From the NCBI GenBank assembly GCA_963822585.1, contig CAWGIE010000011.1, forward strand, positions 96,001 to 160,000: a DNA stretch of 64,000 nucleotides, given 5' to 3'. The notes beneath the pieces were generated by a model, which saw only the letters and a program-made list of their open reading frames with translations, was not told where the DNA came from and did not search any database. Source of the DNA: an uncultured bacterium. GTDB taxonomy: Bacteria; Auribacterota; Erginobacteria; Erginobacterales; Erginobacteraceae. The position numbers and the translations under genes are program-made. Shown here piece by piece: positions 1 through 10,519 of the stretch (position 1 is its first letter; the number at the start of each line of letters is the position of its first letter).

Positions 1-740
1 TGGATGTTGACCGCGGTCCCCTTGAGCCCGGTAATTTTGTTAATTTTCCGGTACTTGACGGCCCGGTCGGAATCCCAGGAGCCGAAAACCGCGTTGATGG
101 ACAGGGTCAGCTGCTTCATCGGGTCCTGGGGGAAGGGTCTCCCGACATGTTTCCGGTAGACTTTCTTATAAAGGGCGACGAGCTCTTTCAACTGCGCGGC
201 GGTGAGATCGGTATCGACCTTCGCCCCGTACTTCTTCTTGAGCCGATAGAGTTCGACCTCGAACTCTTCATGCGTAAGCCCGGTGGAGGGGCCCATGACA
301 ACATCGCCGAACATATCGATAAACCGCCGATAGCTGTCCCAGCCGGCCCTCTCATTCCCCGTCTTCTCGATGAAACCCAGGACCGACCGGTCGTTCATCC
401 CCAGGTTGAGGACGGTGTCCATCATCCCCGGCATCGAGCTGGCGGCGCCGGACCGGACGGATACCAGCAGGGGATCCTGAGCCGCTCCCAGCTTTTTCCC
501 CATCAGCTTTTCCAGGCGGCTCAGGTTCTTTTTTACCTGGGCGAGCATCCCGGCGGGGTACGAATGCCGGTGGGAGGAATAATAGGCGCAGGCATCGGTG
601 CTGATGGTGAAACCGGGGGGGACCGGCAGGCCGGCGTTCGCCATCTCGGCCAGGTTGGCCCCCTTCCCTCCGAGAAGCGCCTTCATGGCCGACTTCCCTT
701 CCGCTTTCCCTCCGCCGAAGAAATAAACGTACTTGGTCAT
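1..740 (-). CDS. ppdK: Pyruvate phosphate dikinase (5' part; runs off the window start)
   Basis: Manual translation from ATG at 740 gives MTKYVYFFGGGKAEGKSAMKALLGGKGANLAEMANAGLPVPPGFTIST, the PPDK N-terminus. GGAGG RBS upstream. Absent from the ORF track because it is truncated. Confidence 0.95.
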   Translation of the reverse strand, partial: MTKYVYFFGGGKAEGKSAMKALLGGKGANLAEMANAGLPVPPGFTISTDACAYYSSHRHSYPAGMLAQVKKNLSRLEKLMGKKLGAAQDPLLVSVRSGAASSMPGMMDTVLNLGMNDRSVLGFIEKTGNERAGWDSYRRFIDMFGDVVMGPSTGLTHEEFEVELYRLKKKYGAKVDTDLTAAQLKELVALYKKVYRKHVGRPFPQDPMKQLTLSINAVFGSWDSDRAVKYRKINKITGLKGTAVNI

Positions 741-936
741 GGCAACCTCCTTAAATATTTTCGCCTCTAGCGAAAATATTTAATGGCTCCGACTTCGTCG
801 GAGCATTTTTCAATGCATAATTCGATAATATTTAATACTTTAACAAAGATTGAATCTAATAAAATTTTTATGCTTATAGTGAGCAATTATTCATTCAATA
901 AATGAATATCAAGCATGAATAAGTTTACCAGCTAAT

Positions 937-3420
937 TTACTGCACTACTTTTATAGTTCCTATCTCCCATTTTTGAATGTCACTATTAGTATACGGTTGT
1001 TTGAAATCTCCTTTATCTTTTCTTCCTTTGAAATAATGTAATCCTGCTCTAATTACATAAGTTCCTAACGGGGCATTTAGACTAATCTTCACCGGTGGTG
1101 TTTTAACTTCAACCTCCTGAGCTAGATCCCATTCATTAATTTGGGGAGAAAGATCTACATCCATATCCACCAATTTAATTGTGGAATTTTGCCGGTACAA
1201 TTGCACGAACATCCTATGATCCTGAAAGACTGGACTATTTAATGAAAATACACACTTAATCTTAAAGGGCATCCCTCTTCTGATCTTTGTTGGAACTTCT
1301 AACCGGATAAAGGTAACTATCGGGGCAATATATTCTCCTCGTTCAAACTGAAGAAGCGATAAATCTGCAATAGTATCTGTGTAAAGCCTATTAATACAAT
1401 TTAAGAGCATCATTCGATTCTTCCGTAATTTCTCATCAACGACATTGACCATTACCTCATTAAAAAAAGTACTTAATGGAGAAGAAAAAGCCTTAACATA
1501 CTCTTCGGTTGCTTTTTTATATTTTTTATCTCTGATTAATCCCTTAATCTGTTCAATTGAATTTTGAAAGGCTTTGTATAAGTTAAGTTCAGCCTGTTCT
1601 TGAAAAAGATTCATATGTACTCTGTCATTTCTCAATAGCATCAAGGATTTAACTATATTGGAAGTTCGCTCAACGATTGTAGTTGCAGGCAAGAGAACCT
1701 TTTGGCTGTTAAGATTTTTAATCATTTTGCAACGATTGTATGTATCTTGAATATCAGCCCATTTTATGGCTAACACTGCCTCAATAATATCAGGAGGAAT
1801 ATCTCTAGATTCAAGAAATGCCTCCAGTCTAAGACGAAAGAAATCTAGAATCAGGTGAATTATTTTCTCCGACTGTGAACTTTCCAGTGCGAGTCCTTCA
1901 ACCGCCTTCTTTGCCAGCATGTCGAAAGGCAGTGGAAGCTTTTTTTCCGCCAGCAGGCGGATGATGCCCTGTGCCTGGCGTCGCAAGCCGTACGGGTCCT
2001 GCGAACCGGACGGTGTAATGCCGGCGCTGAGAAAGGAAGCCACGGTGTCCAGCTTGTCGGCCAGGGCCAGCACCGTGCCGGTCTCCGTCTCCGGCAGCGC
2101 ATCTTCCGCCGAGCGCGGAAGATAATGCTCGTATATCGCCCGGGCCACCTCTTCCTCCTCCCCCTGACGACGGGCGTACTCCATCCCCATTGTCCCCTGG
2201 AGTTCGGTGAACTCGGTCACCATAGCGGTGGTAAGATCACTCTTGCAGAGGTGGGCGCTTCTCTTCACCCGCTCGATCCGGTTCACGGAAAACTTGAGTT
2301 CTTCCGCGATAGCCCGGGCTAACCTCTCCACCCTCCGGACTTTTTCGCGATACGTTCCCAGGCGGGCATGGAAGATCATCCCCTCCAGATCACTGACCCG
2401 ATCTTCGAGAGATCGGCTCAGGTCCTCTTCCCAGAAGAACCCGGCATCGGCGAGACGGGCCTTCAAAACCCGTTCGTTATTTTCCCGGATGGGGCCGGTC
2501 TTTTTAAACGGCCCGTCGGCGACGACAATAAATTTCGGGAGCAAACGTCCCCCGGCATCGCGGACCGGGAAATACCGCTGATGGGACTTCATCACCGTGA
2601 TCAGCACCTGAGAGGGAATCGTTAAAAAAGACTCACTGAAATCCCCGACTATTACCCGGGGGTATTCAACCAAATTGCAGACCTCGTCCAGCAGTGCGGC
2701 ATCAAGGTCAGTCTCCCCGATTCCCGGCCGAAATTTTTCCTGCTTCTTCAGAATCCCTTCCACCAGCTTCTTCCTTCTCCCCGCCGGATCCACCAGCACA
2801 TACTGGTCGCGTAACACGCGCCGGTAGGCTTTTACATCGGCCGAAAGGAGCCGGATATGGTCATCTCCGAAAAACCGGTGGCCGCGGGTATGCCGCCCGG
2901 ACTCCACCCCTGCCACCCGTACATCCGTCACCGACGGCCCCCACAGAAAAACCAGCCACCGGATGGGACGGGCGAAGCTGAATGCGCTTCCGGGAATCCA
3001 GCGCATTGCTTTGGGAAAAACAAGAGAGCCGAGGAGTTTGATCAACTCATCGCGCAAAACCAGTTGACGGTCAATCCGGACTTCCAGTTTCAGATATTTT
3101 TTCCCGTTTTTAATGCCGGTACCGAGATCATTAACCGTCTTTCCCTGACTGCGGACAAAACCGGAGGCATTCTTATTCCAGAGGCCGTTCTCATCCTTTG
3201 CCCGGTCAAGAGGAGGGCCAAAAACAGTCTCCGTTTCAAACCGGCGAAGATTTTTTATGAATAAAAACAATCTCCGGGGGGTTCCTCCCACAATCACCGC
3301 GGAGGGGGGGGCCCACTTCTCCCCCCAACTCCGGAGTTGATCCAGCGACGGCTGAATGTAAGAAGCAGGGAGTTCCTCGGTTCCGATCTCGAGAAGGAAA
3401 TTTTGTTTTTCCACCGTCAT
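937..3420 (-). CDS. glyS: Glycine--tRNA ligase beta subunit with an extra ~135-aa C-terminal domain
   Basis: [33 protein letters not shown] and NRMMLL motifs; directly follows glyQ. Confidence 0.95.
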   Translation of the reverse strand: MTVEKQNFLLEIGTEELPASYIQPSLDQLRSWGEKWAPPSAVIVGGTPRRLFLFIKNLRRFETETVFGPPLDRAKDENGLWNKNASGFVRSQGKTVNDLGTGIKNGKKYLKLEVRIDRQLVLRDELIKLLGSLVFPKAMRWIPGSAFSFARPIRWLVFLWGPSVTDVRVAGVESGRHTRGHRFFGDDHIRLLSADVKAYRRVLRDQYVLVDPAGRRKKLVEGILKKQEKFRPGIGETDLDAALLDEVCNLVEYPRVIVGDFSESFLTIPSQVLITVMKSHQRYFPVRDAGGRLLPKFIVVADGPFKKTGPIRENNERVLKARLADAGFFWEEDLSRSLEDRVSDLEGMIFHARLGTYREKVRRVERLARAIAEELKFSVNRIERVKRSAHLCKSDLTTAMVTEFTELQGTMGMEYARRQGEEEEVARAIYEHYLPRSAEDALPETETGTVLALADKLDTVASFLSAGITPSGSQDPYGLRRQAQGIIRLLAEKKLPLPFDMLAKKAVEGLALESSQSEKIIHLILDFFRLRLEAFLESRDIPPDIIEAVLAIKWADIQDTYNRCKMIKNLNSQKVLLPATTIVERTSNIVKSLMLLRNDRVHMNLFQEQAELNLYKAFQNSIEQIKGLIRDKKYKKATEEYVKAFSSPLSTFFNEVMVNVVDEKLRKNRMMLLNCINRLYTDTIADLSLLQFERGEYIAPIVTFIRLEVPTKIRRGMPFKIKCVFSLNSPVFQDHRMFVQLYRQNSTIKLVDMDVDLSPQINEWDLAQEVEVKTPPVKISLNAPLGTYVIRAGLHYFKGRKDKGDFKQPYTNSDIQKWEIGTIKVVQ

Positions 3421-4274
3421 TTCCCCGGATCTCCTTCTTCTTCGCGCAGATAAAGTTCCGCGCAGGCTTTGGCGAGCTTCCGGACCCGGCCGATATAATT
3501 CGCCCTCTCGCTGACACTGATAGCCTTCCGGGAATCAAGCAGATTGAAGACATGGGAACACTTCAGGGTCAGATCGTAGGCGGGACAGACCAACCCCGCG
3601 GTCGTCAATTTCTCCGCCTCGCTCTCATACTCTGAAAAACGCCGCAAATAATCCTCCACCGGGACTTCCTCAAAGCTGTAGCGGGAGAACTCGTACTCTT
3701 CCCTCTTCCGCATCCGGCCGTAGGTTACTCCCGGGGCCCATTCGAGTTCGAAAACGTTCTCCACCCCCTGCAGGAACATGGCGATCCGTTCCAGCCCGTA
3801 GGTCAGCTCCACCGGGATCGGATCCAGTTCAAACCCTCCCATCTGCTGGAAATAGGTGAACTGGGTTATCTCCAGACCGTCACACCATACTTCCCAGCCC
3901 AGGCCGGAGGCGCCCAACGTGGGAGACTCCCAGTCATCTTCGACAAAGCGAAGATCATGAGTCCGGGGGTCGATGCCCAGCGCGAACAGACTCTGGAGAT
4001 ATATGTTCTGGATATCGTTGGGGGCGGGTTTGAGGATGACCTGGTACTGGTGATGCTGGTAGAGCCGGTTCGGATTTTCCCCGTATCTCCCGTCGGAAGG
4101 GCGACGGGCGGGCTGCACATAAGCCACGCGCCAGGGGTCGGGCCCCAGGACCCCGAAAAAAGTCGCCGGCGCGAACGTCCCCGCCCCGACTTCAAGATCG
4201 TACGGCTGCAGCAGGACACAGCCCCGCTGATTCCAGTATGCCTGAAGGGTGATGATCAGCGTCTGAAAGTCCAT
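3417..4274 (-). CDS. glyQ: Glycine--tRNA ligase alpha subunit
   Basis: [36 protein letters not shown] motifs. Confidence 0.98.
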   Translation of the reverse strand: MDFQTLIITLQAYWNQRGCVLLQPYDLEVGAGTFAPATFFGVLGPDPWRVAYVQPARRPSDGRYGENPNRLYQHHQYQVILKPAPNDIQNIYLQSLFALGIDPRTHDLRFVEDDWESPTLGASGLGWEVWCDGLEITQFTYFQQMGGFELDPIPVELTYGLERIAMFLQGVENVFELEWAPGVTYGRMRKREEYEFSRYSFEEVPVEDYLRRFSEYESEAEKLTTAGLVCPAYDLTLKCSHVFNLLDSRKAISVSERANYIGRVRKLAKACAELYLREEEGDPGK

Positions 4275-4284
4275 TTTACCATTT

Positions 4285-5049
4285 TTACTCCGTAAAAATT
4301 TTATTACTAATCTGGTTCAGAAATCGCCTGGACATTAACTTTTTATCCACCGTACTGTCAACGAGATAACGAAGGAGCCGATCGGCAACGGCGGACTGCC
4401 GTTCAGAGAGCCTGAGGTTCACCGCCGAGGCAAGCCCGCTCCGGTTAATGTACCGGACGGCGGAGAGAACGCCCGGTTCGATGAGGACGGCATCGGCGTA
4501 CTTCGGCCCGCAACCGGGGCAGAGCCACTCCCGTTCCGCCAGGAAAAACCGGGCGCCGTCTCCCAGTGCTTTCCGGCATCGGGAACAACGGTCAAACGGA
4601 GGAAGAACCCCCAGGATGCTCAAATAGCGGATCTCGAACCAGAGGCGGACCTGGGAAACGGCATCGATCACGGCGGCGTGCCGGAGCGTATGAAGCAGAA
4701 GCTCAAAAAGCTCCCGGCTGGTCTCTTCCCCATAAGCAGCCACCGCGGCCAGCTCCGACAAATAATGGAAAAGCGCCGTCCGTTCCAGCGTGCTCACGGC
4801 GAGCGGGAAGTGTTCGATGACATCGAATTGGGCCAGGATGTGCAGGTCACTGGCCCGGCTGGGATAAAATACCAGATCGCCGTAATTCCAGACTTCCAGC
4901 TTTCCCCGGAGCGGACTGGCCGGACGGCGGGAACCTTTGGCCAGAGTTTTAAGGAGACCGCTGTCGGCAGTGAGGATATTGACCAGTTTGCTGGTCTCCG
5001 TGTAATCACGGCTCTTGAGGATGATCCCTCTGGTTTTCTGCGGCGGCAA
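4285..5049 (-). CDS. recO: DNA repair protein RecO
   Basis: [16 protein letters not shown]...AKGSRR and CxxC...CxxC. Start moved to TTG 5049 behind AGGAG; the longer ORF reads through a repeat array. Confidence 0.9.
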   Translation of the reverse strand: MPPQKTRGIILKSRDYTETSKLVNILTADSGLLKTLAKGSRRPASPLRGKLEVWNYGDLVFYPSRASDLHILAQFDVIEHFPLAVSTLERTALFHYLSELAAVAAYGEETSRELFELLLHTLRHAAVIDAVSQVRLWFEIRYLSILGVLPPFDRCSRCRKALGDGARFFLAEREWLCPGCGPKYADAVLIEPGVLSAVRYINRSGLASAVNLRLSERQSAVADRLLRYLVDSTVDKKLMSRRFLNQISNKIFTE

Positions 5050-5120
5050 GAAAATTCTCCTTATCGGATAGTAGTGTTGAATAACAAAGGGGGCGGCTTG
5101 ATACCAGCGGCTAGTCGAAC

Positions 5121-5228
5121 GGGAGTGATGGAGTAGTGGAGTACTGGAGTGGTGGAGTGCTGGGGCACCTGGTAGCCGGCTCTGTCGTGGAGGCCGTCGC
5201 CCCATCACTCCATCATTCCAGTACTCCC
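5121..5228. repeat. Inverted pair of 8-mer arrays (GGAGTRRT-like)
   Basis: ggagtgatggagtagtggagtactggagt ... catcactccatcattccagtactcc; similar at 19360..19463 and 51842..51911. Confidence 0.85.
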
Positions 5229-5271
5229 TTTCTTTCCCCTCATGGTTATGGATTCACCGCTCTGATTGCGA

Positions 5272-5979
5272 TCAGGTGAAAAGCTTGTACAGCAGATACG
5301 TCAGGCCCATCCCCCAGACCGCTCCCGAGATGACTTCATAGAAACTGTGAATCCGGCTGGCAATACGGGATTGGGCCACCAGGAAGGCCAGACAAAAAAC
5401 CAGGACCACGATAACCGGGGGCGTTCCCGGGATCAGCGCCGTGAGTGCGAAAATCGAAAAAGCCACCGCCGCGTGGACGCTCGGAAGCCCTCCCCGAAAA
5501 GGCGTCCCCCGCTGCAGCAGGACCTTGACGATAATGGTCATGATGGCCACCACGGCCAGACTGACGAACGCGACATGCCAGTCAGAACCCCGAATCGCCG
5601 CCAGGGAGATGGTGAGCGGCCTGATCAGATATCCCTTCTTGAAGAAGACAAGATATCCCACGCAGACGGCGTAAAGGGAGACGATAAAGACCGCCCCGGC
5701 GCTCACATCCTTGACCGCCCGGGCCAGCGGATGATACGTGTCCTTGATCAAATCGATGGCCAGCTCGATGGCGGTGTTGATCATCTCCGCCAACAGGACC
5801 AGAACGACCGCCGAGAGAAGGAAGAGCATGTCCCAGACGGCCATTTTCAGAGCAACACTCAAAATCAGCACCAGGGCGGCGGAGATAAAGTGAATCCTCA
5901 TATTCCGCTGCGTCTTCAGAACATAGACGATGCCTTCGACGGCGGCATTGAAACTGTCGATCAGTTTATGGGGGACCAT
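5272..5979 (-). CDS. dgkA: Diacylglycerol/undecaprenol kinase fused to a PAP2-like domain
   Basis: SFNAAVEG..QRNMRIH, EMINTAIE, KDVSAGAV, followed by PSVHAA...SRIASRIHS. Start at ATG 5979. Confidence 0.88.
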   Translation of the reverse strand: MVPHKLIDSFNAAVEGIVYVLKTQRNMRIHFISAALVLILSVALKMAVWDMLFLLSAVVLVLLAEMINTAIELAIDLIKDTYHPLARAVKDVSAGAVFIVSLYAVCVGYLVFFKKGYLIRPLTISLAAIRGSDWHVAFVSLAVVAIMTIIVKVLLQRGTPFRGGLPSVHAAVAFSIFALTALIPGTPPVIVVLVFCLAFLVAQSRIASRIHSFYEVISGAVWGMGLTYLLYKLFT

Positions 5980-6425
5980 TGTTTTTTCCTCTTCCAGGCC
6001 TGGAGAAGCCGTTCTTCCCGGCACCGCATCTCCCGGCGGCGGCCGGAGGGATGATCGCGATAACCGAGAAGATGAAGCACCCCGTGAATCAGGCAGAGGG
6101 CAAACTCGGAGGCCGCGCTCTGACCATGGTCCGCGGCCTGGCTGGCAATCCTCTCGGTTGAGAGCACGACATCGCCGAGAAACCAGGGCTGCGGGGAAAC
6201 AGAAGGGCCCTCGTTCTGGGGAAAGGAAAGGACATCGGTCGGATAATCCCGATCCAGATAGCCCCGGTTCAGTTCCCGGATGCCGGCATCGTTCAGGAAA
6301 ACAAGACTGACCTCCCCTTCCCGGCAGCCTTCCTGCCGGAGGACCCACCCCGTCAGGGCGATGATCTTACCTCGTCCCAGACGGAGACGGCGCTGTTTAT
6401 TGGTTATTCTGACGGTATAGGTCAT
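5961..6425 (-). CDS. ybeY: rRNA maturation endoribonuclease YbeY
   Basis: PTDVLSF and HGVLHLLGYRDH metal motif. Confidence 0.93.
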   Translation of the reverse strand: MTYTVRITNKQRRLRLGRGKIIALTGWVLRQEGCREGEVSLVFLNDAGIRELNRGYLDRDYPTDVLSFPQNEGPSVSPQPWFLGDVVLSTERIASQAADHGQSAASEFALCLIHGVLHLLGYRDHPSGRRREMRCREERLLQAWKRKKQWSPIN

Positions 6426-8692
6426 GGTTTCGACGGAATGGAGATTGGATCACGGTGTTCCCCATTCCCTTCCGGATACTTGACGCGCGTATGATAGCGG
6501 GCGGCAAGATGACGGATAAAACTCTCCCGGATGATCTTCAGATGGGCCAGGGTCAGGCCGCACTCGTCGAACTGGCCGTCCATGAGGCGCTCCCGGATGA
6601 TGTTTTTTATCAGGGATTCCAGCCGGATAGGGGTCGGCCGTTCCAATGAAACCGAGGCCGCCTCGGCGGCATCGGCCAGCATGATGATCGCCGCTTCCCG
6701 GCTCCGCGGCCGGGGGCCCGGATACCGGTAATCATCTTCCAGGACATTAAACTTCAACTGCTCGCTTCGCTCGGCACGATCATAAAAATAAGATATCAGG
6801 CTGGTCCCGTGATGCTGCTCGATAATGGCCACGATCCGCCGGTCCAGCTTATACTGACGCGCCAGGGCCACCCCTTCCTTGACGTGGGCGATCAGAATCA
6901 AGCTGCTCATGCTCGGGATCAAACTGTCGTGCCGGCTGACCCCCGACGTCTCGTTCTCCGAAAAATACTCCGGCTTGGCAATCTTGCCGATGTCATGAAA
7001 GTACGCGCTGACCCTGGTCAGAAGCGAGTTGGCGCCGACTTCTTCCGCGGCACTTTCCGCCAGCGTCGCCACCATCAGGCTGTGATGATAGGTCCCGGGG
7101 GCGCGGATCATCAGCCGCCGGAGGAGGGGATGATTGAGATCGGACAGTTCCAGCAAACCGATGTCGGAAGAGACATGAAACACGGACTCGAAGAGACCAA
7201 GCGCGATCAGGGCGATAAAAGCGGACAGGATCCCGGCCGACGCCGTCCCGGCGCCCTGGCTCAAGAAAACCAGCGGCGGCAACCCGTGGGCGATTCCCAG
7301 GGCAATAACAGCCAGAGCGCCGGCCGCGGCGGCGATAACGCCCGCCCGGAAGAGATCAATCCGCCGGCGGACGCCGCTGAGCCCGAAGATGCCGGCGATT
7401 CCTCCGATGACGCCGGCCAGCAGATAACCGAGATCCCCCCCCAGAATCAACGCGGTCAGAAAAGAAAGAATCAGAGTAAAAAAAATCGCCACCCTCACCC
7501 CGATCAGGAGACAGAGGAGCAGCGAGCCGATCGTGACCGGAGAGATGAACCGGGCGCTCTCCATCAAGTAGGGAGGAAGGAGCCAGAATATCTGATGAAG
7601 AACCCGGGCCAGGATGAGGATCAGGACGACCACGACGGAGACCAGAAGCAGCCGGGAATTACTCCGGCTGACCGACCGGTGATAGCGGTCCAGAAAGTAT
7701 CCGGTAATGAGGAACAGGAGAAAAACCAGCAGCCCGATGCCGAGCGTGTAGTAAAAGAAGGAGATCGGGCGCTGAATACGATAGAGAGCTTCCTGAAACG
7801 ATCGGAACTTCTGGATATGATACGCCTGCACCTTTTCCCCCTGACGAATGATCTTATCCCCTTTCTCGACCGGGGTCATGACTATCGGGACGGCCCGGCG
7901 CGCTTCGTCCCGCAGTGCCTGCGTTTTTGCCGGGTCAAATTCCAGGTCGGGTTCGATCAGGGAAGCGACGATCTCCTCCAATTCCTTCCGGTAGGCGCGG
8001 AGTGAGGGAACCATTTGTTCCATCTCTTGTACCGCGTCTTGCCGGGCGAGAGGGGTTGTGGGAACAGCGGACAGGGGGAGCCGCCGGTCGGTTCCCGCCT
8101 GCCGGTCGACCAGAACTATCTTCTCCTGCCTGGTATTGGCAAGAGTGCGCTTGATATCCGGGGAGATGATGCCGTTCCGATACGCATCCTGGAGGAGCAG
8201 AAGCAGTTGCTTTTCATACTCCCGCAGCCGGGCGGCACGCAGAAAAAGGGAGAGGACACGGGCGGGCGGCGAGAGGGCAAGGCCGACCCCGGCAGGCGGG
8301 CCGGCCGGGGCCGGCGCCGAAATTCTTTGGAATAAATCTTTCAGCTCCCCCGCCTTCTCGGCGGGAACGCTCTCGATAACAGAGTAGGCGACCGGCTGCC
8401 GGTTTTCCGCGGCTGCCCGTTCCTGTTCGGTCTTGATCCGATCCGGGAAAGAGAAGTCGCATGTCGCCACCACATCCCGCTCTGATATCTGCCCGAGAAC
8501 GGGGACGCTCAGCGGCATGCCCCGCCAGGAGATGATCAGGACACTGGCCGCGAAAAGCGCCGCCCCCAATGCCCATCTTGCCGCGCTGCTCTTCTGCCGG
8601 GCGCGGGGAACTTTTCCGTCCCCGGTCCCTCTCCGCTTATTGCCCCGGCGGGGGTTGCCGGCGGCAGTCCTCCGTAAGGATATCCTGATCAT
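6422..8692 (-). CDS. 7TM-HD (HDIG) membrane phosphohydrolase, PgpH-like
   Basis: Extracytoplasmic domain, multiple TM helices, APGTYHHS, HDIGK, QHHGT, MLAD; lies between phoH and ybeY. Confidence 0.9.
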   Translation of the reverse strand: MIRISLRRTAAGNPRRGNKRRGTGDGKVPRARQKSSAARWALGAALFAASVLIISWRGMPLSVPVLGQISERDVVATCDFSFPDRIKTEQERAAAENRQPVAYSVIESVPAEKAGELKDLFQRISAPAPAGPPAGVGLALSPPARVLSLFLRAARLREYEKQLLLLLQDAYRNGIISPDIKRTLANTRQEKIVLVDRQAGTDRRLPLSAVPTTPLARQDAVQEMEQMVPSLRAYRKELEEIVASLIEPDLEFDPAKTQALRDEARRAVPIVMTPVEKGDKIIRQGEKVQAYHIQKFRSFQEALYRIQRPISFFYYTLGIGLLVFLLFLITGYFLDRYHRSVSRSNSRLLLVSVVVVLILILARVLHQIFWLLPPYLMESARFISPVTIGSLLLCLLIGVRVAIFFTLILSFLTALILGGDLGYLLAGVIGGIAGIFGLSGVRRRIDLFRAGVIAAAAGALAVIALGIAHGLPPLVFLSQGAGTASAGILSAFIALIALGLFESVFHVSSDIGLLELSDLNHPLLRRLMIRAPGTYHHSLMVATLAESAAEEVGANSLLTRVSAYFHDIGKIAKPEYFSENETSGVSRHDSLIPSMSSLILIAHVKEGVALARQYKLDRRIVAIIEQHHGTSLISYFYDRAERSEQLKFNVLEDDYRYPGPRPRSREAAIIMLADAAEAASVSLERPTPIRLESLIKNIIRERLMDGQFDECGLTLAHLKIIRESFIRHLAARYHTRVKYPEGNGEHRDPISIPSKP

Positions 8693-9648
8693 GATCCGGG
8701 TTGATCTGCGGCTTGTTCATACGCCTGCACTATTTTTTGCACCAGTGGATGACGGACCACGTCCTCCCGGGAAAGATAGATGAACGGGATCTCGGGGATA
8801 TCCCGGAGAATATGCCGAACCAGGTTCAGCCCGGAAACCTGGCCTGCCGGCAGATCGATCTGGGTGACGTCACCCGTAATAACCACCCGGGAGTTAAACC
8901 CGAGACGGGTCAAGAACATCTTCATCTGTTCCGGGGTAGTGTTCTGCGCTTCGTCCAGAATAATAAAGGCATTATTGAGGGTTCTCCCCCTCATAAACGC
9001 CAGGGGAGCCACTTCGATCACTCCGTCGGCTTCGTATTTTCTGATTCTCTCGCCATCCATCAGATCGTAGAGGGCGTCATAGAGAGGCCGAAGATAGGGC
9101 ATGATCTTCTGATAAAGGTCCCCCGGAAGGAAACCCAGTTTCTCGCCGGCTTCCCGCGCGGGACGGGTCAGGATCAAACGTTTCACTTCTCCTTTCAGCA
9201 ACGCCGAGACCGCCAAAGCCATCGCCAGGTAGGTTTTGCCGGTTCCCGCCGGGCCGATCGCGAAGACCGCGTCATGGTTCCTGATCGCATCAACATATTT
9301 TTTCTGGTTGACGGTCTGAGGCCGAACAAACCCCTGCCGGGAAGACACCTCTATCTTCTCCGCGTAAATATCCCCGATGGGAAGGGCATGGTCGTCGGCA
9401 TATGACTTCAGAATACGCCGGTATTCCTCCCCGGTGAGAGGCTTCCCGGCATCGGCGATCCGGGCCAGATCGTCCAGCAGTTTCCGGGCCCGGGCCACCG
9501 CCGCCTCCGGACCCGAGAGACGGATAAAATTGTCTCGTGCCACCGCCCGGACACCCAGGGTCGTGCCCAGGAGAAGCACATTTTTTTCCTCGCGCGCGAA
9601 GAGATCGCGGACAAGCTGGGGAGAGCGGAAGTTGAGGGTGATCTTCAT
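8689..9648 (-). CDS. phoH: PhoH family ATPase
   Basis: GPAGTGKTYLA, LGFLPGDL, MRGRTL, DEAQN, VVRHPLV. Confidence 0.95.
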   Translation of the reverse strand: MKITLNFRSPQLVRDLFAREEKNVLLLGTTLGVRAVARDNFIRLSGPEAAVARARKLLDDLARIADAGKPLTGEEYRRILKSYADDHALPIGDIYAEKIEVSSRQGFVRPQTVNQKKYVDAIRNHDAVFAIGPAGTGKTYLAMALAVSALLKGEVKRLILTRPAREAGEKLGFLPGDLYQKIMPYLRPLYDALYDLMDGERIRKYEADGVIEVAPLAFMRGRTLNNAFIILDEAQNTTPEQMKMFLTRLGFNSRVVITGDVTQIDLPAGQVSGLNLVRHILRDIPEIPFIYLSREDVVRHPLVQKIVQAYEQAADQPGS

Positions 9649-9650
9649 GA

Positions 9651-9702
9651 TAAGTTAGCGCCTTCGGCGCTAACTTAGTGAAAAAGCATTGAAGCTAACG
9701 CC
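9651..9702. repeat. Short palindromic element TAAGTTAGCGCC-TTY-GGCGCTAACTTA plus conserved tail
   Basis: Near-identical copy at 20512..20563; variants at 22492..22520, 59093..59117 and 59157..59183. Confidence 0.85.
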
Positions 9703-9773
9703 ACTCGAGTTAGCAAGAATATTCAGATTTAGCAAAGCTGCTCTGCTTTTGTTCTTTATCGAACTTCAAAAAC

Positions 9774-9810
9774 AAAAATTTTGCCCCGCCCCCGGCGGGG
9801 CAAAATTTTT
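9774..9810 (-). terminator. Perfect 17-bp-arm hairpin, possible intrinsic terminator after the LysM gene
   Basis: aaaaattttgccccgcc-ccc-ggcggggcaaaattttt with T-rich ends. Confidence 0.5.
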
Positions 9811-9853
9811 ACATGTGATTGAATCTCTCTCCCTCTTTTCCCGGGAGAGAGAT

Positions 9854-10432
9854 TCAATCACGGGGGATGATAAAAACCTGGCCGGGATAGATAAGATCCG
9901 GATTCTTGATCTTATCCATGTTGGCCTTATAAATGAGCGGCCATTGGAGGGGGTTCCCGTAGATCTGGTCGTATCCGGCGATGAACCAGAGACATTCACC
10001 TTTAACCACCCGATGGGTGGACGGCTTTTCGCTCGCGATATCCAGGTCGACTTTTTCCAGAGGAAGTTCAGGGACACCCGGCTGCTCGATAATGGCGCTG
10101 ATCTCCTCGGAAAGACCGGCTTCCAGGGGTCCCTCCCCCATCATTTGAGCGCGGGGACCGCCGATAATATATCCCTGGTTGCCCCAGAGTTCCTTGTCCG
10201 TCCAATACCGGCGGCTCCAGCCCGGCCAGCCGGGAACAACATCAAGAAGAAAGGTGTCGACATTCCCTCCCTCTCCGATCGCCCGGGTGCGTACCACCGT
10301 CTCGGCGGCCGGGGCGGCGGCGTGGCTGAAACCGTTGAAAGCGAGAAGGGAAAAAACGGCCCCAACCAGGACAACCCAGGCCGGGGTGGGATGCCTGCTG
10401 GATAAATTCGTTATCATCGTGGATCTCCTCAA
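9854..10432 (-). CDS. Exported LysM peptidoglycan-binding protein
   Basis: Hydrophobic signal-like N-terminus; C-terminal HRVVKGECLWFIAG...WPLIYKAN...PDLIYPGQ. Confidence 0.85.
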   Translation of the reverse strand: MRRSTMITNLSSRHPTPAWVVLVGAVFSLLAFNGFSHAAAPAAETVVRTRAIGEGGNVDTFLLDVVPGWPGWSRRYWTDKELWGNQGYIIGGPRAQMMGEGPLEAGLSEEISAIIEQPGVPELPLEKVDLDIASEKPSTHRVVKGECLWFIAGYDQIYGNPLQWPLIYKANMDKIKNPDLIYPGQVFIIPRD

Positions 10433-10519
10433 TAAATTAGCTCACTGCTTTCAGTAATCAATTGTACCCAGATACTATGCCCCGCAAGGACGTCTGTCAA
10501 GCGGGAACCTGTCGGTGAC

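Noticed and set aside
147..770. 207-aa plus-strand ORF and the many other long antisense ORFs in the track
   Set aside because: They are shadows of recognisable opposite-strand genes (here ppdK) in GC-rich DNA.
4275..4300. T-box leader for glyQS
   Set aside because: recO ends 10 nt upstream, leaving no room.
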